Of a stretch of 35,683 nt of DNA, positions 22,147-29,038 are shown piece by piece. Where the stretch lies: the NCBI GenBank assembly GCA_031402635.1, contig JANNSM010000010.1, forward strand, positions 1 to 35,683, written 5' to 3'. The translations under genes and the position numbers were made by a program. This DNA comes from Bacteroidota bacterium. GTDB taxonomy: Bacteria > Bacteroidota > Bacteroidia > Chitinophagales > BACL12. How positions within the stretch are numbered: the stretch's first letter is position 1; every line of letters starts with the position of its first letter. The notes below the pieces were generated by a model. It did not search any database. It saw nothing but the letters and a program-made list of their open reading frames with translations, and was not told the origin of the DNA.

Positions 22147-22564
22147 AGTAAAACTTTTTCTTGTAGATGATGATGCAGTATTTTTAGTATCATTAAAAAT
22201 AGAGTTTATGCAAAATGCTGACTTTATAATTGAAACGTATGCAACTGGAGAGCTTTGCATTAATAATTTGTCGCTGAATCCGGACGTCATCATATTAGAC
22301 TATAAATTAGACGGTATAGATAAAAATGCAATGGACGGGATAAATACACTTGACAATATAAAAGCATTTAATTCAAACATCCCTGTTATTATCCTTAGTG
22401 CGCAGGATAGTATCGACGTGGCTATTAATTGCATGCATCACCATGCTTTTGATTATGTTATAAAAAACGAAACCACATTTATAAGACTTCGCAAAATTAT
22501 TGAAACGATATTTACTTACAAAAAAATAGAAAAGGAACTTAAGTGGTACATGGATAGACACTAG
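22136..22564 (+). CDS. single-domain response regulator (REC only)
   Basis: 142 aa. KLFLVDDD, acceptor Asp in IILDYKLDG, DYVIKNE. No output domain. Overlaps the kinase stop by 11 nt. Confidence 0.88.
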   Translation: MQNKVKLFLVDDDAVFLVSLKIEFMQNADFIIETYATGELCINNLSLNPDVIILDYKLDGIDKNAMDGINTLDNIKAFNSNIPVIILSAQDSIDVAINCMHHHAFDYVIKNETTFIRLRKIIETIFTYKKIEKELKWYMDRH

Positions 22565-22631
22565 TGTACTTATTTTATTAATTATAAAATTAATTTTTTT
22601 AGTTTATTATTTTTCAGCAACCAAATGGTGT

Positions 22632-22693
22632 GAATAATACAAGGTATTAAAATAATAGTGTAACATAGTTATGTCAGTGGGTAGGTAGTTTTA
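22632..22693 (+). promoter_or_regulatory. 62-bp promoter module for the OM beta-barrel gene
   Basis: GAATAATACAAG (22632-22643), TAATAGTGTAAC (22653-22664), 20 nt, GTAGTTTTA (22685-22693). The box ends 31 nt before the ATG at 22724. Confidence 0.5.
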
Positions 22694-22723
22694 CACTATT
22701 ATTAAAACTAATAAAAAACTAAG

Positions 22724-23434
22724 ATGAAAAATCTACAAAGTAAAATTATAGTATGCGCCTCTTTCGCTGCTATTCTTTTGGTATCGGCCCAAATTGCAAA
22801 TTCTCAAACAAGTTCAAGTTATGATGCAGATAGCAAGCATTTTGAATTTGGGGTAAATTTTATGCCCACTATTGCAACTTTTGACACTAAAGCTTCTGAT
22901 GGATCAATCATAAATGGCAAAGGAAAATTGGGCTATGGCGGCGGAGTCAATCTAGGATACAACTTTTCCCAACATGTCGGAGTTCAGGCGGAGTTACTAT
23001 ACTTTGCTATTTCACAAAAAAATGAAGAGCAAAATATCACACACCAGGTAAATCTACACTATGTCAATATTCCTTTGTTGCTCTCTCTTAATACAGGAAT
23101 AATGAAACCGGTCAACTTAAATTTAGTATTTGGTCCACAGTTAGGTGTAAGTGTAGGTGGTAATGTAAAAACCAGCAACGGCGACGGAACAAACACTACA
23201 GAAGCCATTTTAGACATAAAAGGCGGGGACTTAGGTCTTGCTTACGGGGCAGGATTAGATTTTGCAATAAATGAAGCACATACCTTACGCTTAGGTTTAG
23301 GCTTTAGGGGTGTTTACGGTCTAATCGACGTTAGCGATAACAACAAAACAACGAATAGCAATTCCTTCTTAATTCTTGACAAGAGTCATATAAAAACATA
23401 CTCTGCCTACCTCGGTATGTCCGTTCTATTCTGA
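22724..23434 (+). CDS. outer-membrane beta-barrel (porin-family) protein
   Basis: Signal peptide MKNLQSKIIVCASFAAILLVSAQ. Alternating Gly/aromatic beta-strand pattern. C-terminal ...YLGMSVLF ends in Phe. Confidence 0.75.
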   Translation: MKNLQSKIIVCASFAAILLVSAQIANSQTSSSYDADSKHFEFGVNFMPTIATFDTKASDGSIINGKGKLGYGGGVNLGYNFSQHVGVQAELLYFAISQKNEEQNITHQVNLHYVNIPLLLSLNTGIMKPVNLNLVFGPQLGVSVGGNVKTSNGDGTNTTEAILDIKGGDLGLAYGAGLDFAINEAHTLRLGLGFRGVYGLIDVSDNNKTTNSNSFLILDKSHIKTYSAYLGMSVLF

Positions 23435-23467
23435 AGACAAAGGCTTAAGAGCCAATATTAAAGCAAG

Positions 23468-23497
23468 AGCTCTGCAAAAAAGCAGGGCTTTTGTTTT
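23468..23497 (+). terminator. rho-independent terminator after the OMP gene
   Basis: AGCTCTGC (23468-23475) pairs with GCAGGGCT (23482-23489), including one G-U pair. Loop AAAAAA, followed by TTTTGTTTT. Confidence 0.65.
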
Positions 23498-23521
23498 ATT
23501 TCTGATACAGAGCATAAGTGT

Positions 23522-23583
23522 GAATGCTACAATTTTTTAAGCAAATTATGTAACATATCATGGATTCTAAAAGTTCATCTTTA
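23522..23583 (+). promoter_or_regulatory. 62-bp promoter module for the ytxH operon
   Basis: GAATGCTACAAT (23522-23533), AAATTATGTAAC (23543-23554), 20 nt, TCATCTTTA (23575-23583). The box ends 36 nt before the ATG at 23619. Confidence 0.55.
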
Positions 23584-23618
23584 CTTAAATCAATTAGTCA
23601 CAATAAAAGATAAATATC

Positions 23619-23903
23619 ATGAGTAACAATGAAAAGGTATTGCTGGGTGTATTGGCAGGAGTTGCTGTAGGTGCGACTTTGGGAATTTTGTTTGCACCTG
23701 ATAAAGGTCTGAATACCAGGAATAAAATTTCAGCCAAAGGAAATGACTATGCAGAAGGGCTAGAAGATCAGTTCAATACTTTTATTGAAAGTATAACTCA
23801 CAAATTTGAGCAATTAAAAACTGAGGCTGAAATGACTGCAAAACGAGTTAAGGATAAAACGAATGAGGTTATAGCAAGATCGAATGCGGTTACTACAATA
23901 TAA
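23619..23903 (+). CDS. YtxH domain-containing protein
   Basis: N-terminus LLGVLAGVAVGATLGILFAPDKG is the characteristic YtxH TM/glycine-zipper segment. An amphipathic charged helix follows. Confidence 0.85.
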   Translation: MSNNEKVLLGVLAGVAVGATLGILFAPDKGLNTRNKISAKGNDYAEGLEDQFNTFIESITHKFEQLKTEAEMTAKRVKDKTNEVIARSNAVTTI

Positions 23904-23909
23904 AGACAC

Positions 23910-24251
23910 ATGAAAACGAGTGCAAGCATGTTTGAGAACATGTATGAACAGATTGAGGCTTACAGCAAAACCCGGCTTGAACTTTCAAAACTAAAAGCAG
24001 TTGAAACTACAGCCGGTTTAGCTTCAACAGTAATCTCAAAAGGTGGTGTTTCTATCATGCTTGCACTTTTTTTTATTGTCTTCAATATTGGAATTGCACT
24101 GTGGCTGGGTGAATTATTTGGGAAAAATTACTACGGCTTTTTTACTATTGCTGCATTCTACCTGGTTGCAGGAGTTCTACTTCATTTTTTCTTACCAAAT
24201 TTTATTAGAAAACCGGTCAGCGAGTTAATCATTTCACAGACATTGCACTAA
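23910..24251 (+). CDS. two-TM membrane protein, holin-X/DUF1469-like
   Basis: 113 aa. Two hydrophobic helices (VSIMLALFFIVFNIGIALWLG, FFTIAAFYLVAGVLLHFF). Starts 7 nt after ytxH. Confidence 0.6.
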   Translation: MKTSASMFENMYEQIEAYSKTRLELSKLKAVETTAGLASTVISKGGVSIMLALFFIVFNIGIALWLGELFGKNYYGFFTIAAFYLVAGVLLHFFLPNFIRKPVSELIISQTLH

Positions 24252-24253
24252 GC

Positions 24254-24688
24254 ATGGAAAAAATACTTACTGAAACAGATTTAAAAGCCGCCATTATGCT
24301 TTTAGAGCTTAGGCAGGAAAAGGAAAGAGTCCAGCTAATAAGTGAGCTATATCAAGTTTATGAAAGCATTAGGCCTATCAACATGATTAAAAGTACAATT
24401 AACGAAATCGTTTATTCGCAGGAAATAAGGAACAATTTATTAAACACAAGTATTGTTGTAGCAACCAGCTGTATCTCAAAGACTTTATTTAAAGGTGTTT
24501 CACACAGTCCTATTAGAAAACTACTTGGTACAGCACTAATGTTTGGAGTAACCAATTTTATTACAAAAAATCCAGAGGCCATACAATCATTAACTGATGG
24601 GATATTTAGGGAAATCAAAAATAAAATGAGCAATAAAAGTAGTGAAACCGGGAATACAGAAATTCCTTCAATTATTACAAATGTATGA
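24254..24688 (+). CDS. hypothetical protein, third gene of the ytxH operon
   Basis: 144-aa ORF starting 3 nt after the previous stop. No motif recognised. Confidence 0.6.
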   Translation: MEKILTETDLKAAIMLLELRQEKERVQLISELYQVYESIRPINMIKSTINEIVYSQEIRNNLLNTSIVVATSCISKTLFKGVSHSPIRKLLGTALMFGVTNFITKNPEAIQSLTDGIFREIKNKMSNKSSETGNTEIPSIITNV

Positions 24689-24811
24689 CTAACAACTAAA
24701 ATATTATTTATTCAATCATAGTTTTAATAATAATTTATTTTTTATTGTTTAGTGCAACTATTTTTTTCTACTTAAGTAATATACTAAATATATCTATTAA
24801 TAACAAGATTA

Positions 24812-24873
24812 GAATGATGTAAGTCTTTAGAGAAATTGTGTAAAACTTTATACCACCAATAAGCTCATCTTTA
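24812..24873 (+). promoter_or_regulatory. 62-bp promoter module for the csbD operon
   Basis: GAATGATGTAAG (24812-24823), AAATTGTGTAAA (24833-24844), 20 nt, TCATCTTTA (24865-24873). The box ends 39 nt before the ATG at 24912. Confidence 0.55.
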
Positions 24874-24911
24874 AGCTGTGGAAATTAATCCACATCTATA
24901 ATCTGGATATC

Positions 24912-25097
24912 ATGAATACTACAGAAGGTAAAGGAAACTGGAACGAACAAAAAGGTAAACTGAAACAAAAATTCGCAATCTTAACCGATAACGATTTGAT
25001 GTTTGCTGAAGGTAAAAAGGAGGAAATGTTAGGCCGGCTTCAAATTACTCTCGGCAAAACAAAAGAAGAATTAATGGAGATTATTGCAAAATTGTAG
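24912..25097 (+). CDS. CsbD family general-stress protein
   Basis: 61 aa. GNWNEQKGKLKQKFAILTDNDLMFAEGKKEEMLGRLQ matches the CsbD pattern. Confidence 0.88.
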   Translation: MNTTEGKGNWNEQKGKLKQKFAILTDNDLMFAEGKKEEMLGRLQITLGKTKEELMEIIAKL

Positions 25098-25121
25098 TAA
25101 TCACTTAAATTAAAGTATTAA

Positions 25122-25583
25122 ATGAAAAAGAAAATATTACTTGCTTTATCTTTGGTGACGGGAAGTTTAGCTTTTTTCGGTTGTCAGTCTACGGAACAGA
25201 AGCAAAAAACGGCTGAGGCAACGGTTCAAGAAACGCAAAAAGACCTGATAGAGGCTCGCAACGACGTCAATGAAGAGGCGAAAAAAAGTGCAACAAACGA
25301 GGAATGGAGTGCTTATCGCAATCAAATGCTGGTTAAAATCCAGGCAAATGAAAAACAAATCGCAGTGTTAAAAGCAAAAATGGATAAGTCCGGAAAATTG
25401 CTTGATGCCGCATATGCCAAAAAGATTGAGTCGTTAGAAGACAAAAACAACGAACTGAAGCAAAGAATGGATGAATACGAAAAGAGTCAAAGTGATTGGG
25501 AATCATTCAAGCGCGAGTTTAATCACGACATTAACGAACTTGAGAACGCTTTGAAGGATATAATGGTTGACAATAATGATTGA
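25122..25583 (+). CDS. coiled-coil lipoprotein, unknown function
   Basis: Signal plus lipobox MKKKILLALSLVTGSLAFFGC. Lys/Glu-rich helical remainder. Starts 24 nt after csbD. Confidence 0.7.
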   Translation: MKKKILLALSLVTGSLAFFGCQSTEQKQKTAEATVQETQKDLIEARNDVNEEAKKSATNEEWSAYRNQMLVKIQANEKQIAVLKAKMDKSGKLLDAAYAKKIESLEDKNNELKQRMDEYEKSQSDWESFKREFNHDINELENALKDIMVDNND

Positions 25584-25648
25584 AAGTATACATGATCAAT
25601 TATAAGGATCACTAATTTTTTAGCACGTCTCCCTTTTCAGTAAAAAGT

Positions 25649-25681
25649 AAAGCAAGTTAGTAAATCTACTAACTTGCTTTT
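25649..25681 (+). terminator. AT-rich 14-bp hairpin terminator ending the island
   Basis: AAAGCAAGTTAGTA (25649-25662) pairs perfectly with TACTAACTTGCTTT (25667-25680). Loop AATC, ending in a TTTT run. Confidence 0.65.
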
Positions 25682-25698
25682 GTCGGGGTGACTGGATT
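25682..25698 (-). repeat. 17-bp direct copy of the tRNA-Pro 3' end (att-like scar)
   Basis: GTCGGGGTGACTGGATT at 25682-25698 is identical to 25877-25893 inside tRNA-Pro (discriminator, acceptor 3' strand, half of the T-arm). It sits exactly at the GC switch. Confidence 0.85.
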
Positions 25699-25737
25699 GG
25701 CGGTTGACCGCCCTTTGGCCGGCCAACCGCCATCCAG
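25692..25737. other. pseudo-T-arm hairpin with a 33-nt GC-rich insert
   Basis: CTGGATTGGCGGTTG (25692-25706) pairs with CAACCGCCATCCAG (25724-25737), with one bulged T. The 17-nt loop contains the palindrome TTGGCCGGCCAA. Confidence 0.6.
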
Positions 25738-25759
25738 CAGATGGGGGGCCCCAACCCCC

Positions 25760-25843
25760 AAAAACCCCCGCTGCGCGGGTTTTTGTTTGCCCCGCACAGG
25801 GCTTACAAGCCTGCGGCTTGACGCCCTGCGGGGCAAACAAAAA
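25760..25843. other. two GC-rich hairpins flanked by A5/T5 tracts
   Basis: Hairpin 1 pairs AAAAACCC (25760-25767) with GGGTTTTT (25777-25784). Hairpin 2 has a perfect 17-bp outer stem, TTTTTGTTTGCCCCGCA (25780-25796) with TGCGGGGCAAACAAAAA (25827-25843). Its inner stems are GGGC/GCCC and CAAGCC/GGCTTG. Confidence 0.7.
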
Positions 25844-25868
25844 GGACCACCTGATGGCGGTCCTTTTT
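25839..25868 (-). terminator. rho-independent terminator of tRNA-Pro
   Basis: AAAAAGGACC (25839-25848) pairs with GGTCCTTTTT (25859-25868); 10-nt loop. On the minus strand it lies 6 nt past the tRNA 3' end and ends in a T5 run. Confidence 0.7.
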
Positions 25869-25874
25869 CGGGAT

Positions 25875-25951
25875 TGGTCGGGGTGACTGGATTCGAACCA
25901 GCGGCCTCCTCGTCCCGAACGAGGCGCGCTACCGAACTGCGCTACACCCCG
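25875..25951 (-). tRNA. tRNA-Pro (anticodon CGG), CCA encoded
   Basis: Minus strand: CGGGGTG TA GCGC AGTTCGGTA GCGC G CCTCG TTCGGGA CGAGG AGGCC GCTGG TTCGAAT CCAGT CACCCCG A CCA. 77 nt, clean cloverleaf. Confidence 0.92.
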
Positions 25952-26038
25952 GTGCAGTACTTCATTAAAGCCAGAAGCAATTAAATGAAGAGAGCCCTAA
26001 AAGTAGCCAACTTTGTCCGCAGCGCCTAACTTGGAGGA

Positions 26039-27004
26039 GTGCAACCTGTTGAGAATATTCCCGCCCTTGGTCTGCGGACGCGTTGGGCGCCAACGCCCAG
26101 CGGATTCTTGCATGCCGGCAATGCCTGCAATGCCATTCTGACTTTTGCATTGGCACGGGCTTTCCGTGGCTCGGTCAGGCTGCGGGTTGACGATCTCGAT
26201 GCCCCGCGGACCCGTCCGGAGTATATTGAAGACATCTTTCAAACCCTGGAATGGCTGGACCTGGAGCCCGATTCAGGTCCTTCCGGACCTTCCGAGTGTA
26301 CCACATGGTCACAGCATCAGCGAATCGCGCGGTATGGCTTACTTCTGGAGAACCTCTTTGAAACCGGCCGGATTTACGCTTGCACTTGTTCCCGGGCTGA
26401 AATACTGGCGGCATCCATAGATCGAAGGTACCCTGGAACCTGCCGTGAGAAGGCGCTGGATCCGGAAACCCCAAATGCTTCCTGGCGATTAGATACCCGG
26501 GGACTGACGGCAGCAATTTGGCAGGACGTCGGGGCAGGCCCTCAATTCAGGCATCCGGTGGACTTCGGAGGGGATATTGTGGTCAAAAGGAGAGACGGAC
26601 TTCCAGCTTACCATATTGCTTCACTTGCCGATGACCTCGATTGCCGAATAAACCTGATCGTACGGGGAATGGATTTGCTCGATTCCACCGCCATCCAGCT
26701 TGCCCTGGCAAACCTTGCCGGCAGGCCGGAGTTTGCCAGATCTGCTTTCTATCACCATCCGCTGATTAAAAACGAAAAAGGTGAAAAGCTTAGCAAATCT
26801 GCCGGGGCAAATTCAATCGCTATCTGGCGCGCTGCCGGTAAAAAACCTGATACACTCTTTCAAACCTGTGCTCAATGGCTGGGAATTGCACCCAACCTGA
26901 TTGTTGATATACGCAATGCAAAAGATTTGCAGCCGTTCATGAACTGGAATTTACTCCGCTATCCGGATGCTTTGCGCGATGTAGCGTATTTTGACCCTGA
27001 ATAA
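26039..27004 (+). CDS. gluQ: glutamyl-Q tRNA(Asp) synthetase-like truncated GluRS paralogue
   Basis: 321 aa, catalytic domain only. RTRWAPTPSGFLHAGN (HIGH-like motif) and KLSKS. GTG start at 26039 after GGAGGA. Confidence 0.8.
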   Translation: MQPVENIPALGLRTRWAPTPSGFLHAGNACNAILTFALARAFRGSVRLRVDDLDAPRTRPEYIEDIFQTLEWLDLEPDSGPSGPSECTTWSQHQRIARYGLLLENLFETGRIYACTCSRAEILAASIDRRYPGTCREKALDPETPNASWRLDTRGLTAAIWQDVGAGPQFRHPVDFGGDIVVKRRDGLPAYHIASLADDLDCRINLIVRGMDLLDSTAIQLALANLAGRPEFARSAFYHHPLIKNEKGEKLSKSAGANSIAIWRAAGKKPDTLFQTCAQWLGIAPNLIVDIRNAKDLQPFMNWNLLRYPDALRDVAYFDPE

Positions 27005-27017
27005 ATTCCATCCTGTC

Positions 27018-27887
27018 ATGGCGCAGAAACCCGTGGTCATTACCGCCGCGCTAACCGGCGTACTGGCCAATCGAAGCCAGTGTCCCTATATCCCCTATAC
27101 TCCCGAAGAAATTGCGGAGGAAGGGCGACGTGCCGTTGAGGCTGGTGCCAGCATTCTTCACATTCATGCGCGGAACAGCGACGGTACGCCTGCCTATGAC
27201 ATAGAGACCTACGCAAGGATCCACGAGGAAGTACGCAAACTCGTGCCGGATGCCATCATCAATTACAGCACCGGGGCAATCAGCATTTCCAATGATCAGC
27301 GGATCCACCACGTAACCGCGCTGAAGCCGGAAATGGCCGCACTGAACATGGGTTCAATGAATTATGCCATTTATTCGGCCAAGCAAAAGCAGTTTTACCA
27401 CGATTTTGTTTTCGCCAACCCCTTCAAAGACATCGCATTTTTTCTGGGTAAAATGCGGGAAGCGGGCTCGGTACCGGAAATGGAAGTTTTTGATACCGGT
27501 CATATTAACAATGCCATGCCCTTCATCGATCAGGGGCTGATCCCCAAGCCCTATGTGTTCAGTTTTGTAATGGGTGTACTCGGGGGAATTCCCGCCACTA
27601 CCGATAACCTGATCCACCAGAGCCGCCAGGTTCCGTCGGGAAGTCATTGGCAGGTTATTGTAATCGGGCGCAAACAATGGGCACTTGCCGCAGTAGCACT
27701 GACGCTGGGTGGCAATTTCCGGGTAGGGCTCGAAGATAATTTCTACCTTCCAGAAGGCGAAATGGCCAAAAGCAACGGAGAATTGGTGGAAAGGGCTGCG
27801 GCGCTGGCCAGAACCCTCGGCCGGGAACCGGCAAGTATAGCAGAGACCAGGGCAATGCTGGAACTTCCCGCAGTTGCAGCCCGTTAA
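27018..27887 (+). CDS. 3-keto-5-aminohexanoate cleavage enzyme family (BKACE/DUF849)
   Basis: MAQKPVVITAALTGV...PYIPYTPEEIAEE...GASILHIHAR is the typical BKACE N-terminus. ATG at 27018. The track ORF starts at a TTG at 26991 that overlaps gluQ. Confidence 0.82.
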   Translation: MAQKPVVITAALTGVLANRSQCPYIPYTPEEIAEEGRRAVEAGASILHIHARNSDGTPAYDIETYARIHEEVRKLVPDAIINYSTGAISISNDQRIHHVTALKPEMAALNMGSMNYAIYSAKQKQFYHDFVFANPFKDIAFFLGKMREAGSVPEMEVFDTGHINNAMPFIDQGLIPKPYVFSFVMGVLGGIPATTDNLIHQSRQVPSGSHWQVIVIGRKQWALAAVALTLGGNFRVGLEDNFYLPEGEMAKSNGELVERAAALARTLGREPASIAETRAMLELPAVAAR

Positions 27888-28051
27888 TGAAGTAGAAGTG
27901 TTTCCTTCAGGCGTCCTAAATTAATCTATAGCCTCAATGGAAGACCGTATCGCTCAGGACAATGCTCCTGCCACGGCCGAAAGGCTCTATTTTTTCTACA
28001 TGACAAGTGTGGATGGCAAGTGGTATTGATATAGGATAAAATTTATAATAA

Positions 28052-29038
28052 ATGGCCAAGCCATCCCGGTCAACTAAATCAGCAACTGGTTCCACAGCGA
28101 GGGAACGCGGCCGGAAAATTTTGACCGATGGGGAAAGAGGTAGCAATGAGTCTTTTAGCAGTCTGATTGCAAAACAAACCCTCCGGGCTAGTTTATGGCC
28201 TTACCGCATGGTGGCTTTTGGCCGGTCAACCATAAACTTATCGCTGCTTCGATTTTTCCCCAATGCTTCCGGAGTAAATATTACCCAGGAAAAAGTGGGA
28301 GGGGTTCCAGGTGAGCGTCATCAACCTGAGCATGCGTTGCAAAACCGGCGCTTGCTATACCTTCACGGCGGTGGTTATAACGGGGGAAGTCCGGCTACGC
28401 ACCGGGCGATGGTTTCCCGAATCGCGAAAGCTTGCAGGACCGAAGTATTTGTGCCGGACTATAGCCTCGCTCCCAGATATCCATTTCCGGCTGCACTGGA
28501 TGATGTTCATTCGGTCTGGAGGGCATGGACTGCTGAACATCCTGATGCCGCCCATTTTCTGGCTGGTGATTCCGCCGGCGGCGGCTTGAGCATTGCACTC
28601 ATGTATCAACTCCGGGATATGGAATTGAGACTTCCGTTGGGAACTATCCTGCTTTCCCCATGGCTTGACGTTCGGATGGAACACCCCGATATTGCGAGCT
28701 ATCAGCCCCGCGACCCCATGTTGCGTGCAGAAGAACTCCGGCATTACGGGGAACAGTACGCCGCAGGTCATGATTTGGACGACCCCCTGATTTCGCCGGT
28801 TGAAGGTGATCCGCACGGATTGCCGCCCATGCTCATTCATATCGGCACTTCAGACATTCTTTATCCTGACACAGAACGGTTTGCTCGCAAAGCCGCAGCC
28901 GCAGGCAACCGGCTGGATCTGGAAACCTGGCCTTCGATGATGCATGTCTGGCACGCGGCCAATATATTGCCAGAGGCCCGCAAAGCCATCCGCCGGATCG
29001 GGAAATGGATGGATCAGAAAATCGATGCTGAAGACTGA
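28052..29038 (+). CDS. alpha/beta hydrolase, HSL-type esterase/lipase
   Basis: HGGGY oxyanion motif and GDSAGG nucleophile elbow. The start is uncertain: ATG 28052 lies in an A-rich context, with alternatives TTG 28121 and ATG 28208. Confidence 0.8.
   Translation: MAKPSRSTKSATGSTARERGRKILTDGERGSNESFSSLIAKQTLRASLWPYRMVAFGRSTINLSLLRFFPNASGVNITQEKVGGVPGERHQPEHALQNRRLLYLHGGGYNGGSPATHRAMVSRIAKACRTEVFVPDYSLAPRYPFPAALDDVHSVWRAWTAEHPDAAHFLAGDSAGGGLSIALMYQLRDMELRLPLGTILLSPWLDVRMEHPDIASYQPRDPMLRAEELRHYGEQYAAGHDLDDPLISPVEGDPHGLPPMLIHIGTSDILYPDTERFARKAAAAGNRLDLETWPSMMHVWHAANILPEARKAIRRIGKWMDQKIDAED

Noticed and set aside
23910-24251. Holin-like protein as evidence for a prophage
   Set aside because: No endolysin, capsid, tail, terminase or integrase genes occur anywhere in the island. 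This two-TM family commonly accompanies ytxH in stress operons.
25637-26242. ORFs 25637..25840, 25688..25984, 25704..25886, 25965..26156, 25997..26242, 26026..26235
   Set aside because: They run through tRNA-Pro, its terminator hairpins or antisense to gluQ. Their Pro/Gly/Arg-rich translations are a by-product of GC-rich stem-loops.
27934-28146. 70-aa minus-strand ORF overlapping the esterase 5' end
   Set aside because: No motifs, and it overlaps the likely esterase start region. It would need a promoter inside the esterase gene.
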